64,000 nucleotides of DNA from Takakia lepidozioides. Its lineage: Eukaryota; Plantae; Bryophyta. The first letter of the stretch is position 1, and every line of letters begins with the position of its first letter. The position numbers and the translations under genes were made by a program. Below the pieces are notes generated by a model. It was not told the origin of the DNA. It saw only the letters and a list, made by a program, of their open reading frames with translations, and did no database searches. The DNA is taken from NCBI GenBank assembly GCA_030704615.1, contig CM060731.1, positions 27,094,001-27,158,000 on the forward strand, written 5' to 3'. This document shows positions 1 to 13,524 of this stretch, piece by piece.

Positions 1-354
1 TGTGAGCTCTGAGTGGCAATTTTTAAAAGCACATTTATCATTGCACCGTTCGAAGTCTACATGTCTTGCTGTCGCTATGCACTACAATCATCTTTTGAAG
101 ATGATCATAACTCTCATTGTTATTTGAGGAGGGAGGAAGGTCTTCCCGTGGCAGCCTCTATGGCGCACACTTTGTGAGGATATTTTCTCGTCCTCGTAAT
201 TGTAAAAGTGAAACAAGCATTTGTAATTGCACAATGTTGGATGCTACAATTGTAGGCCTCATGGTAGTCTTGATGTTTAAAGCCACCGTCCTCTAACATT
301 ACAATCGCTTGTGTAGTGAGAGATGTCTCACCTTCACCGGCCAAATGTTGGAGG

Positions 355-551
355 GTGTCGAGTAGAAAAACTTTTGGCGCGAATCCACTTTGGATAATGT
401 GAGTGTGCATCTGCTTTCCAGCTTCCAGACCTTCCATCTTGATGCACTTAAGCAAGAGACAGACATATGTATCTGAATCTGCTAAAATGCCTCCTTGGTT
501 TAAAGTCTGTAGAGGCTCTGTCAGACTGCCTGCCGCACAAAGCATCTTCAC
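355..551 (-). pseudogene. PLS-class pentatricopeptide repeat (PPR) gene fragment
   Basis: ADSDTYVCLLLKCIKMEGLEAGKQMHTHIIQSGFAPKVFLLDTL matches the PPR L-motif consensus (PD..TY..LL..C.....LE.GKQ.H..II.SG....VF). Similarity stops after about one motif. Confidence 0.65.
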
Positions 552-1899
552 ATGCCCAGAAGTGCCATTCTCTACGATCCTAACGACTTCAAGGCCAATA
601 GGGAAACAAACCCTACAAAAATGCCACGGGCTTCCATTACCTGACCCTTCACTTTCAGATTAATGTGACCTCCCCCCCTCCAAAGGCTTCTTCTCATCCT
701 CGTTGTGAATTTCTCCTGCATTGTTGGTGTTGTCCCTCCACACCACATGATTCCAGCAACCACACCTAGCGCACGAAGGCAGACGCGCACAGAGACACGC
801 AAACACAAACGAAGACAGCGAGCGAGAAAGAAGCAGCAGCGCGCGCGCGTAAGTGACAAGTTTGGGCAGTTCGGGCAGACTCGACAGAATTTGGCGACAA
901 AACGTGGCAGCGAAACGTGGCGACGAAAACGTGGCACTTTGGCACCCTATTCCTGCTCTACGCTAAACTAGCTTCCGACCTTTGGTCGTCGCTAGAATAT
1001 CAAGAGTTAGCTCCTAGTGACTACCACTATCTCAATCCTATCATTGTGTTGCAGATTATGCGTACTCTACAGGAGCTCTCACAGCTAGAACTTGCACCGA
1101 GACTTGTCCCCAGAGTTCTTCAAGAACAACTATCTATCAATGGCCTAAGTTTTGCAAAGCTGCATTGCAACTTATTGTTGGACAATGGCTATAGTCTGAG
1201 GATGTCAAGCCCATTATGCTCTACAATCTACTCCCAGAATCAATTTTCCGTGACGCCCCCAGGACGCCGAGGAATCGCAGCGCCGCAGCCCAGCGACGCA
1301 TTTGCGACGGCCGGGCGCTCCTGCGATGGCGGGGAATCGTTTTTTTTTTTTTTTTTTTCTATTTAGGCAAGATTCCCTGCATTAATTCCACGGTCATAGG
1401 ACCATCCTCGGTTATAGGCGGCGCATGTTAATGCTGACGTGGCAGATGACGGAGAGTGCCACGTCATCGTTTGTCGCCACATCAGCATGCTGACATGACG
1501 CTCGCGCCACGTCAGCTGGCGTGAGCGTACTCTCACGCCACGTCACTCCTGCGTGAGCGTACGCTCGCGCGCTCACGCCATTGTGTCGTTGCTCGAGCAG
1601 GAGGACGAAAATGAGCACGGGCATGGGGAGAATTGTCATTGTTGGAATGGAGAGGCGGTTGGCTTCATGATTACAGACTATCGCACTGTCCCATTCACAC
1701 AACGTGCATAGTCATCAGGGCAGAACCAAAATTTATGATTCCAAGACCCCCTGGCTTCAAATGATAAAACAAGCCAGAGCATGAGTCCACGCAGTTCCTC
1801 TCACAATTTTCGATGCGCACTTGACAAATGTCATAGCCCTGATAGCACTACATTGAAGTATGGACCCAGCGAAAGCGCGTTCTATATGTCACTGCTCAT

Positions 1900-4700
1900 C
1901 AGCGTAGTCAGTCTTCTACACAACCGGAACCAGAGGCTCGTCAGGAATATTGACAAAAGATGAAAGAGGTGAAATTGTTCCTACCTGCGAAGACGATTCC
2001 CCCTGAAACAAAGAATTAACAAATCGTGTCTTTTGCGTTGCTACATGGGGCATGGATAAGTTATCATTGTCAGACTGTGCAAATCTCCATCTGAACTTTG
2101 GAGTAGTGTCGAGCTTCCGCTTGCAAGAACCAAACTTCTCCTCACCTTCAAGATGTGGCACTCTTGAGACCAAAGTAGCTCCAAAAGTGCACATTTCAAT
2201 TGTTTTGGCGATTTTCCCCGGGTCCCCAGATCTGTTAGCAGCTCTCAACATCAATTCAGTCATATCAGGCCTTTTCCACCACACCGACCCCTACTCGCGG
2301 TACCTTGTAATTTGCTATAGAATTGCTCATACCAAGTCGTCTGTTGTCGCAACGTACAAGTCACGTCGGGGTTTTTCAGGTTGCGCATACAACCATGCAT
2401 TGTGAACTGTCTCCGCAAGCTGGTTGTGCAATAAGACATGTCCGCAACATCTTCAAGTGGCATGGTCTGCTCCACGTGGAGCAAAGAAACGTCATTAGCA
2501 TGTAATATGAGAAGGACAAAACTTGAGGAACTACACACAGAATTGATCGATATGGCCACAACCAACTGGTGTGTCTGCCGATCGCTGTCATTCTCACCAT
2601 CCCACCACTGAATGTTTAGAAATCCATCATTGTTGCTGATTCCTCTCTCCAATCACACGGTCATGGGGTAGCGGCAGCAGGAGGAGTAGGGCCTAAACAG
2701 CCCTTGGGTGACTTGGAGCGGAGGCACACATGGGGTGGGGCTCCCTAATCCGTGGGCGGTGGGGACCCTGATTAGGTTGGTCGTGGGCCGTGGTGGCTTA
2801 GAGCAGGTGGGGGAACTCACAAGTGGGCTTAGTGTGAGTAGGTGTGAATTGTGGGGAAGTCTCGAGACTCAACAGGGTCGCGGGGAGTGGCCTCCAGGCT
2901 CGCCACAACTCATCACAGGGAGTGAAGGGTCATCGTGGTGGTGCACCAAAAAGGACATGGGCTGCTTATGAGACCCCCGCCGACAGTCACAAATGTATAT
3001 ATAGTGAGTAGTAACCAGTGTTGGGCGGGTATATTGATTACCCTGATATACCCGTCAGGGTATATTGATATATACATATCCTGGTGTGGCAAGTTTAGGT
3101 ACTTGGATATATACCCTTACATTAGGGTATATTTTTATGACATACCCTTACCCTCAAGACATGGACAATATCTCCTACTTTTGTGAAGGGTATATGTTAA
3201 AATGAATGGTATATCTAATCAGGGTATATAAGGGTTAGGAATTAGGATATAATTGAGCGGCCTTTCATAAATGTAGCTAGGCTAGGATAGCCACCATCGA
3301 CAAATGTCCTCAGTTGTCCCCCTCACACAACCTGGCTTTCCGTTCGGCCTGATCTTTATAAACCATGGCTTCAAAGCCCTATATCCTTGAGCGACTCCTC
3401 CAAAGTTAGAGAGAGGTACTCACGATATCGTCCAAGAACTTGAGTAAAAGTATCTTTGTGAGTGTTTGGCGGTCTTCCTCTAGCCCTAACTTCGCGCGAT
3501 CCTTGTGTCAGTTGGAAAATGTCAATGTCAGGTGTCCAACACAATTTTGCTTCAGCAAGTTGGACAGGCTATGGTAAAGGGAGGTAATGAATACAAAGGT
3601 CATATGTGGAGGATACGTCACATTCCATAGTTTTTCTTCACCAGACACTCGTTGAGGAAGAAATCCGTTCTCATCAATTTTCTCTTTTACCATATAGATT
3701 GTTTCTTTTGTTTTGTATTGGAAAATACCGTAATTTTAAAAAATGATTAAATTATATATTATAACTATCCATACCCGGAAACTATTCATACCCTTAGGGT
3801 ATATTTTGGCAAATATATCCTTACCCGGGAGCATATAGAAATCTGAGAAGTTGATTTATCCATACTCGGAGGATAAATAAATTTTTGAGATTTCAATTTA
3901 TCCATACCCGGAAGGTAAATGATTTGACAAAACTAATTTACCTATATCCTAAGGATATATTGAAATCAATATACCTACCCAACACTGGTATTAACCCTGA
4001 AAACCGTGCAAGCCCGTTAAGCGACCAGGAGCTAGTGAAGCAAACAAGCGAGCCGGATGCGACCAAAGTGTGGGAAACTTACATTCCGGACAACCTACAA
4101 CCAAAGGGAATTTCCACTCAGCCCACGTAACCGAGGGTCAAGAGGGGCAGCAAGGGGGGGATCGTTATGGCCCAATGAGCAACCAAAGCTCCAAGTTGGT
4201 CTGCTGGCCAGTTTGGGAGTTAGGCGCGCGTATCAAAGTGAGTAACTATGACATGAGAGTTTACCTAAGTGAGGTGCGCGTCATTTTCAAGTCGCATGAG
4301 CCAAACACGCTACAAACATCATTAAAGTTGGCTTGAGCACTGTCTGCCATGAAACCTCTAAAGTTAGGCAGATGAATGTCATTTGATCGCATAACTGCAA
4401 TAAAAGAGTTTAACATCAACATCTGAGATTCTGCATCCTCCAACTGAATGTCACAGACCACAAAATCTCTTCTTCGGTCGTATAAGGATGCTTCTGCACG
4501 GATACATTCTCTAGTGTTGGCAAGCCTTTTATAAAGCATTGTTCGAGTATGGCCGACCTTTCAGATATATGTAAGAGTTACTGCCTTGTGAACAACAGTC
4601 TGAAGATTCGTGTAATACTTCCAGACATTGTCGTCACTTTTAAACATCAGGTCGTGTAATATGTAGGCAATGGGCTCCTCAGACCTAAACAACTTACAAG
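1900..4700 (-). pseudogene. Degenerate Mutator-like (MULE) transposase relic, interrupted by later insertions
   Basis: 4261-4539 encodes VVCDIQLEDAESQ...PNFRGFMADSAQANF, which resembles the MULE DDE second-Asp block. 1916-2652 encodes PHLEGEEKFGSCKRKLD-type downstream sequence. Many stops and frameshifts; boundaries approximate. Confidence 0.5.
3016..3987. mobile_element. Non-autonomous hAT DNA transposon
   Basis: 24-bp TIRs CAGTGTTGGGCGGGTATATTGATT / AATCAATATACCTACCCAACACTG (2 mismatches). 8-bp TSD GTAGTAAC/GTATTAAC. Subterminal ATACCC/GGGTAT repeats. Confidence 0.9.
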
Positions 4701-5042
4701 CTCATTTTTTTGCATCAGCCTAGGTTAAATTACCTTTATCCTTTGATACTAGATTCAAAGATTATTTGGGCCTCATCTTTCAAACAATCACGGAATAATT
4801 TGACTCTGAATTGTTCAGGAACCGCATTCATTTCCTTGCTATCTTAAAAAAATCAAGGGAAGACTCAAAGTCCTCACTAAGACGATATTCATGATACTGT
4901 TATTTGTGCATCTTATCTACACACTCCACCTTTTGGAAACAACCTTTCGGGGCTGTTTTGATGTATTAGCATTTTCATGAGGGTTGAACAATTGGCTATG
5001 ACCCCATGGCTTCACACAATCCTTCAATGTCTATGTCTTTAC

Positions 5043-5782
5043 CACTACAGCAGATTGTGGCTTTTACGTTTGGCACTTTTGGTCAGTCGTGACATATATG
5101 TATGCAAAATGCAAATTGCAGTCATCAATGTCAATGGAGCTAGCCAGAAGTCATATATTTGACTACGTGACTCCTTGATTTGCAGTCAAACATAGGTGAC
5201 CGGATGCATTGAGATGGTTGATACGACTACGAGTCATGTCCAACACTATACTAAGATGACGTGGGCATTCCAATGTATGACTAGATGACTGCACGACTGC
5301 ACATATCAAATGTGAGATGGTACATATGACTAACAGTCATATACATATCTATGACTGCATAACATGTCATAGTCATGTATTACTATATGACAACATGACT
5401 GTGAATGTGATGTTATGTTGTACGGTATATTTGACTAATAGTCATATATATGACTATGATTAGACGTGTCAAAAGCTTTCTATTTCAAAAATTGTTATGG
5501 TTATATACAATCAAACCACTTACGTGGTATATATATGTGTAATAGGTGTCAAGCTGATATGGATTGCTAGAGTCATAGACTGTAGTCACGATCTATGTCT
5601 ATGAGGAGGCATATCAGGTGCCACGTCAACAGTCAGCACCGCGACTGGCGTTTATAGACTATGGCGCTTATGACTGGAATGTCACAACTGACAGTGTTTT
5701 TTATCACTTGGTAGTTATGAAGTCATAAATGGCTGATACTACTACAAAACAATAGTCGTAATAGCCGGAATTTATTGTAGTG
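5043..5782. mobile_element. Non-autonomous CACTA (EnSpm) element
   Basis: Begins CACTACA and ends TGTAGTG, with imperfect ~26-bp TIRs and a perfect 3-bp TSD TAC. The interior is dense in short TGACTA/TAGTCA subterminal repeats. Confidence 0.9.
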
Positions 5783-7889
5783 TACCCTTTAACCCCTCAG
5801 ATATATATAATTGGCTCTCTTCTGTCTAACGATTCTTTCTTCTCTTTGCAGCCAGCTAAGATGGCTGCAAATTCTTGCTGTTTGGCATAGTCAATAAAAG
5901 CTATAGCAATTTGAGCCCCTAATTTGTCTAGTATCTCCATGTTGGCTACCTCCTATCATGGCTCTAGTGACAACATGCATGACCACTAGCGAATCCTGCA
6001 CTTATCTCATGTCTTTTGGAGCCTTGACGTACTCTTCCGAGTTAGCCATGCAGTGGGAGCTAATGTAGCAATGTTTGTGGAGCAGGTACATAGCTTCATC
6101 AACCATATGCCAAACACCATGGTTGGTTTTAGCCCAAAAGGAACACAAATAACAGCGCGCACTATCCTCTCATTTGCCACAATTGTGTGTGGGGGGTAAA
6201 AGTCATGTGACAAGGGGTTGCACAACCCTAGGCATTCATGCTTAACATTAGCACCAATGAAAATCACCACATCTATCATGTTATGCAAGAATCATTTCGC
6301 TAGAATCCCGGCTACTATTTCTTCCCACTTTGGGTCATGTTTTAATTGGACTGGCTTCCGGGGTCACAAGTTGGCAAGAACAATGGCAATACTCTTGTGA
6401 TGAATTCTCACACATGCAGGGACTAGGTTTATTGGGATGAAGGAAGCTTTCTAGCTCGCAGCCCACCTCCCCTTGGTCACAGTAAATTGGGAATGCCTAC
6501 TTCGGCCCATCTTAAGAACTCGCTAGCACGCATGCGCCGCTGAATGATGTCCAATGGCAGCTTGCGAGCGATTTCATCAGCATGCATGACCTGCAACAGC
6601 CTACTAGCCCATGCACCCTGCAACCCCGTATCAATCTTTCGTTGCTGCTCACGCTTCTAAGCTTTGGTAGAGACCGCCTTGGCCGCCTCTTCAGCCGCCT
6701 CCTCTTCGAACTTCTGGACCCAAAAATCCGAAGGAGTGACTAACTCAAGCTCGAGTCTCAGCAAGGGTTTACCCTTTGCAAATTCAATGAACTTCTATAG
6801 CTCTTCAGTGATGTGCAACTAAAACTCATGAAGAAATGTCTCCTTAAAATTTTGTTCCACGGTCAGGCGTTCTGAATCATTAAGCCTGGCTTCTGAGGAT
6901 GAGGCCATGGTTTGACGTGTTGCTAAACCCCAAAACACAAGCAAGCTCGCAACACCAACAACACGAATGAAAGCCGCAAGACACAATGTAAGCCGCCATT
7001 TCGTGACCCGTCACCTTTCCAATCATTTCTTGCTCGATGAAACCCCAGACTCACTGCATCACATTCATCATATTTTGAGGCCTTTCTATCCTCCATCTCC
7101 ACCAATATTCCGGACGTCCGGATTATTCTTTTTTCCTCTCAGATCACAACACTACATAGGACAAGAGGTAGCTCGGTAAGCTTGCCTGCAAAAAAGAGAG
7201 AATCTACCTCAGAGGAGTCACCAACTCTAATTCCTCATTTGCAATTGATCACTTTCAACCACCATAGAACACCAAAAGGACTCACCTTGAATCCAAGAAA
7301 ACACCTTCGCTGGGATTAAGAGCCCAAGCACCCAGTTTAAATAGCACAAATCCTAATCTAAGCAAGATGCCAGGTGGCACAGTTTTAATTGTTCAGATCC
7401 TAGTCCCCCTCAACAAGGTAATCCTAATCAAAATCTTAAAACTACGTGTTATAATAAGAGGAACCATACATAAGCTTTCCTCATAACTGAGTCCAGCAGG
7501 GTCTTCATCTTTTCCAGCTGCTTCTGTCCGTTCATCGAAAATGGGGAATAGAGGAATCCCGACCTCACAACCTACCACGTAGCAAAAATACAATGGCGAG
7601 CAGTTGGGGGTGGAAGTAACCCTAAAGTTGTTCAGCCACATTGCGAGAAGGACGGAGCCGGACCTTTGCTGCTACGCCGCAACTACCGCCGGCTTGGCTG
7701 TGCGCACTTGAGGTTCTTGTAAACAACCCTCCTGCGGCGCGTGCACCCTACGCTGTCTTTCTTTCGCTCCTTTCCATCCGTCGAGCACCATGCCCTTTCT
7801 CCTCGCGTCTTGAGGTCGTTGGTGGTGTTCTTTATCTTCTTTACCAGAGGGGGATTGCGCTGTTAGAGCTGGTACAACGGAGTGTGAAG

Positions 7890-10800
7890 ATGGCAAAGCC
7901 TGCGGCTAAACCAGGCAAGGTTAGACCCGCTACTCCTTCAGGGACTTCAGGCTCATCATCGTACACGGGTTCGTCATCTGCATCAGGCTCGAGGTCCAGG
8001 TCTCCGACTTCCTCCTCTTCAGGAAGTGAGACCTCAAGGAGCCGCAGCCCTCGCGTCAAGGCAAGGTTGGTCGTTTCTATTTTACTCCTTTTATTTTTAT
8101 TTATCTGAGCATGCAGTGGGGTAGGAACATTGAAACAGTTTTAAGATAAATAGACGTGGATGGAGAGTTGAGTGGGAAAGGTTGAAGTTATAGGCCCCGT
8201 TAGGGTTTAGTGCCTTCGTCAGATCAGTAGCGAGAATGAGGCATCCTATTGGATATATTTGGGAAGTTGAAGACATGTAGAGTCTTAACAAGGTGGATTT
8301 AATCCGATTTCCATGTAGTGGGTCGTCCAGAGGCCCTTAGAGAGTAATGGTTTGCCACAATGTGATCTCAGGTCGGATAAGTCTGTAGCCACTCGTGTAT
8401 TTTATCTCTTTGTTGCTTCCACACTAAGCAGCTTGACAATTTGATTGTGGATTGCATGATAGTACTCAAATATGTGAGTTCTTTTCACCTCATGTAGCCT
8501 GTATGGTTGTCCACAAGCCATTGATAGACGCCATGGTTAGTCTTTGGATGGGTTTCCCGCTTTGCTGCCACTCTATTTTCAACATTGCAATAATTATTAA
8601 ACATTACGAGCAGGAAACTCTTCCTCAGATATCGGCAGAAAACATTGGAAGAACACAGTCCTTGATATTTGTGGGGTGATGAAGCCATCATATAGTCTTG
8701 GGGTTCAGCCTTTATGTGCACCGGGGAAGCAGAACTTTATTTTTAGTGTTTACCACCTTTATGGAGCATGTCTTTTGGGTGGGACATACCAGCTAGCATC
8801 TGCCTGGAGGAAGGATCATCGTGTTATTATCTATTGGTTGTCAATCCTGTACATTGGTGCCAGGCTGTAAGGGAGCAGAGACTAACACTGGCAGAAACAA
8901 ACTTTGATATTTTTCTCCTACCTGGGTGTTGCTCTTTGAAGGCTAACCATAAACTACAGTCCAAAAGTAGTGTGTATGCTAGTGAACTTCTTCATCTTAA
9001 AACTTATGTATTATACGTCACAGTGATGGTGCTCCAGGAAGGAAAAAGGTACGGTCAGCCTCGCCTGCAGCAAAGAAGGCTTCTCCAGCAAAGTAAGTGT
9101 CTGCGTCTTTCCTTCGTTGTGGTCCCCCCTGCTTGTAGCTGGTACCAGGGACTGTAGTATCATGGGCTGCTCGTATGGTAGTTCTGCCTATCCTATCTCC
9201 CATCCTAAGGTTCTCTCTTCTCAAGCTGGTTGGACATTGATCCCTATGGGCTGTCCTTGATTTCTTAGTACTATGCTAGAGGATCCCCTGTTATAGCTGG
9301 TGTCAAAGACACGAGTCAGATGGATTGGGTGGAACTCGTGAAAATAGCAGTTTACTATTAGGGCAGGGGGAATATGAGAGTAACATGCAGCCTTAGCTTG
9401 CATAATGTACACCAGGGAGAAGGTCCCTTCGCCAGTTAATATTGCAGGTTCAATTGCAGGTTAATATTCAGTTGCAGGTTAATATTTTGTTTTTTGACTT
9501 TGTTGAAAATATGCCTGGATTACAGGAAATTACCTACTCCTGAGTCAACTGTGTTGCATGTTGGCTGCCTTACCCGCAATGTGAATGAAGCTCATTTGAA
9601 AGAGATTTTTGGTACGCACTAAAACCTAAATATCATTCTAACTTTTTGGCTTTTGTGGATTTTTGCAAACTATGCGTTCGATAGTATGTTTTGGAATCAT
9701 TCTAATCCACTGATATTCTACAGGTCATTATGGTGACATTGTGCATGTGGAGCTGGCCATGGATCGCACTGTATGTGACCTCTGCACCTCGAGATGTTTT
9801 GCGTAACTGTTTGCTGCTTTAATTGTGTGTTTGAGAAAATGTGATGTTTCACATATTATCATCCAGTGCTTACGATAGGTTGGAGAATGTTAGAACTCAA
9901 GGTCTGATGTGCACATTCATATATGAAAATATTTTGCACGCCAAGGCATTTCTTACATCAGTGTCATGGGAAGGTCGAGGAACACACCTAGATACACAGC
10001 CACCTGCATAACACCCACCCCTGTCCCTGCATGGAGTAAACTGTTTTGGGTGCGACTTAAACTAATAATTAGATCTTCAAGAAGATTTTCTCTAGCAGCT
10101 GTGTTACCTGTTTTGTGTTTGGTGAGACAGGACTTGCAACTGCAGATAGGGCATCTTTTTAGGTCTTTCGGATACTGTGATTGCAAAGCCAACAGGGTCA
10201 GGAGAGAGTAAGGTTCTTGTGGGCTAATCTTGATTTGGTGGGTCCAATTTGGGCTTGGCCTTTCCTCAACGGTGGTTTAGGTCAACTTGCCGAAGGGATT
10301 TGGGTATGTGGAGTTCAAGACCAGGGTTGATGCTGAGAAGGCCCAGCAGCATATGGATGGGGTCAGTAAACCCCTTGACATTGAGAATCTGCTTTCGTGG
10401 ATTGATTATTTCTCTCATAAATCAAGTTATGGTAACCATGCTTGCAGCTGATGATTAAAGTTTTCTTGAGAGCCTACCTCTGCCTGTATTATGTAAACAT
10501 TCGAATAGCCCCATGCAATGTGTTGGGAATCTAGGAGCCTAGTAGTCTCACTCAATGGTTTCACAAGGACACTCAGAGCAATTTGTACGAACTTGAAGTT
10601 ATCATTGCTATGCAGTGAGGTCTAAGTCTTAGATGTGGAATCAACTCCTTTCACTGTCGATTTTGTATTTTCACACTTGGCAGATGGCTACTGTGACAGA
10701 TATAATGTTGAAGTATGCTTTAACTTTAATCCTGCATGAGGCAGTTCGTCTCACGTGACGTGGGGTTTTCTCTTTTTGTTTTCTGTAGCTCTAATGTGTC

Positions 10801-13524
10801 CTGCAGGCTTTCTCTGGACAGAATAAATATCTTTCCTTTTTATCTAGCATCCTGTGTATCATTAGAGGAATCTATATTGTGTAAGATTTGGGTGCAGGGT
10901 CAGATAGACGGGAATGTGGTGAGTGCGCAGTTCATATTGTTGCCACGAAAGAGGCCATCACCACCACCTCGCAAGAGGGAGATTTCCCCCCATCCTCAGA
11001 GGGATGATGGAGTGCGAGAACTTCTTCCTCGTGATGGTCTTAAGGGTGCTCCCCGCCGCCGTGAATGTAAGTCATTGATGTCTGCCTTGTTTGCTTGAGT
11101 AGTTAGATCCTTTCAGTCTTGAGTAGGAGTTGGGCAGAGGATTGCATGCAAAGTGTCATCCTCCACTTCTAGTCCACCTTTCTCTACTGTTGCATGATAG
11201 ATTATGGTTTTTGTTGAATAATGGTTCTGATTGCTCGTCTAATACTGGTTCTCAGCCCCACTTCCACCTCGCCGGCGATCCCCATCTCCACCCCCACGCA
11301 GACGATCTGTATCTCCTCGCCGTCGAGGGGGCGCTGCCTCTCCGCCCCGCCGGCGCCCCCCTGTCTCATCTCCCCCTCGTAGGCGCTCTCCTTCACCTTT
11401 TCGTCGCAGACGCCGCTCTCCAATCCGGTATACCTATTGCATCTCTCTTCCCTTGTTGTTTGTGTCAACTCTGATTGTATTGACTTCGTGCATCTGAGTA
11501 GAATGCTTTCTTGCAGTGCAGTCTTCTTCTCTGGCTTTCATATGAATTATCAGTTGGTTGTTTGTAGGTCTTCCCCCAGGAGGAATAGAGGCAGCCCGGC
11601 TGCACGGCAACGCTCCCCAGTCTCCTACAGACGCAGGTAAATTTTCCTGCAGTGCCTCTGAATCCTGTATGAGATGGTGCACCGTTTACTCCAATTCTGA
11701 ACAGGGCAGATTGTACACATCAACGAACAACAGTACTATCTGGTTGTGCATCAACTGATGGATGAAGTGAGGTAGTGAGAGAAACAACAGGGACAAGGTT
11801 ATGCATGCAAATGCACCTAGCTAAGTTTTGGGGAAGGCCTGGGCAGAATCAAATTTGGGTATGTGATCAGATTGGGAAGATCCAGTGAGGTTATTGAGGA
11901 ACAAACCAAAAAAAATCTCTCTTCATAGGTTTGCCATTGTCTGTAAGAATTTGTGCTAGAACTGCTGCCTCCACCTCTTTTAGTAGTGGACTTTTCCAAG
12001 ACTCCTAACCTAACTTTTGGATTTTGTGTTAGGACATCTCAGTGCCAACAGCCTACAGTGTCTTGATGTCCAGTTTGCCTTCATGCCCCTTGTTTTATTC
12101 TGGAATGACACAGATCACCAGCACCAGTGAGACGGGGGCGGACACCCCCACGCAGGTCATCCCCACCACCACAACGCCGGACCCGCTCTCCTGCGCCCCG
12201 GCGGCCATTGCGCTCTCGTTCACGATCACGTTCAGCTCCTCGAAGGTATACATATGCATGCAAATACCAGCTGTAGTGGTTGCACTTCACTTATACATGC
12301 TCCATGATATTTCCTCTGATAGTTTGTGGTGTTCTGTGAGATGGGAGATATATGGTATTGGACAGATGCTCAGATGTCTGTGTAGAGCCCATGAAACTGG
12401 TGAACATATGTGGCATCTTCTTCCTGGTTTGTCTTTCTGTTGACGTGTTCGGTTCCTTCTTTGTGACATTTTGATGTTGGTATGTCCTGTATGGTTGGGC
12501 TTTTTATTGACTTTTGGGAGATTTGAAAGTTTGACTAATATTTTCCGAAGTCTGTGGGGGTACATGTTTCATGTGCATCCTAGACCTCAGTAGTGTGTAT
12601 TCCTGATTTGTGACATTTTAATTCTTCTATGGTATTCAAGGTCTGGCTTCAAAACATTCTTCCTGTTCTTTCGTTAGCTTGAGGGAGTTGCTATTTTTAT
12701 GTGAGAACTGTTTGAGGATTTGGGTGTTGGTACTGGATTTGGATTGATGCATGTTTTTCAGATATGGTCATTAAGGTGGTGTAGTGTGGTGTATGTAGGG
12801 TGCGCGCTTCCCCAAGAAAACGGGTTAAGTCAACCTCTTACTCTTCCGACTCACCAAGCCCTGCGAAGGTCTGGCATTGCACTAAGTTAGCGTTTACTTC
12901 CGATTGTTTGTTCCAAATTAAATTTGTGGTGGCAGGGGGTAGCTGTTCTTGAAGTTTGCAAACCTTGTTACCCACCAGGGGTTGCCCTATCTGCTTTCCA
13001 AGATGGGGATGCAATCATGCTCCTGAAATGTTGCCAGAATTATGAGGAAGTGATTAAATGAGTCTCTGGTGATTGGTGGTATTCAGTTTCAAGATATCTC
13101 AATCTGCACCAGTTAAATGTTAGTTTTGTCTGTATATAACATCCATTTGTTTTGTTGAAGGGGCACAGAAGTTGCTTTCGTTTTAAATACTCATGACTGC
13201 TGGTTGGTTGGCATGACTGTAGGGTTCTCCCCCACCTCGTGTCACCAAGAAGACCTCCAAAAGCCACAGTCCTAAGAAGTATGTTAATAAATCCTACAGT
13301 CCCATATCTGCTCTTGTAAGTTTCTTTACAGTAGTCACTATACTATGCGCACAGTTGTATTGAAAGGAAATATGCGGGGTTTTAATTTAGCATTGTTGCT
13401 GAAGTTCAGCGAGTGGAGCATCAAGAGGTTCTAACCAGATTCTCCTCTGTATTACAGGCCTACTGCCAGGAGCAGTCCGAGCCGGAGCAGTCGTTCCTCA
13501 TCTCCATCAAAAAGCAGCCAGTGA
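7890..13524 (+). CDS. SR45: Serine/arginine-rich splicing factor SR45 (RNPS1 orthologue), RS-RRM-RS. Exons 7890-8065, 9024-9092, 9526-9611, 9724-9770, 10281-10361, 10898-11066, 11256-11427, ~11568-11636, 12114-12245, 12799-12868, 13223-13278, 13458-13524
   Basis: GT-AG exons with compatible phases join an N-terminal Ser/Arg tract to the RNPS1-type RRM (VLHVGCLTRNVNEAHLKEIFG-HYGDIVHVELAMDRT-VNLPKGFGYVEFKTRVDAEKAQQHMDG-GQIDGNVV). A long R/S/P-rich C-terminus follows, ending SSPSKSSQ*. Confidence 0.92.

Noticed and set aside
5830-6910. Degenerate minus-strand coding-like stretch
   Set aside because: It has many stops and no motif I can recognise, so it cannot be assigned.
7641-7889. N-terminal extension of the SR45 ORF from a TTG start
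   Set aside because: This is a prokaryote-style start call. The protein most plausibly starts at ATG 7890 (MAKP), and the upstream sequence is leader or promoter.
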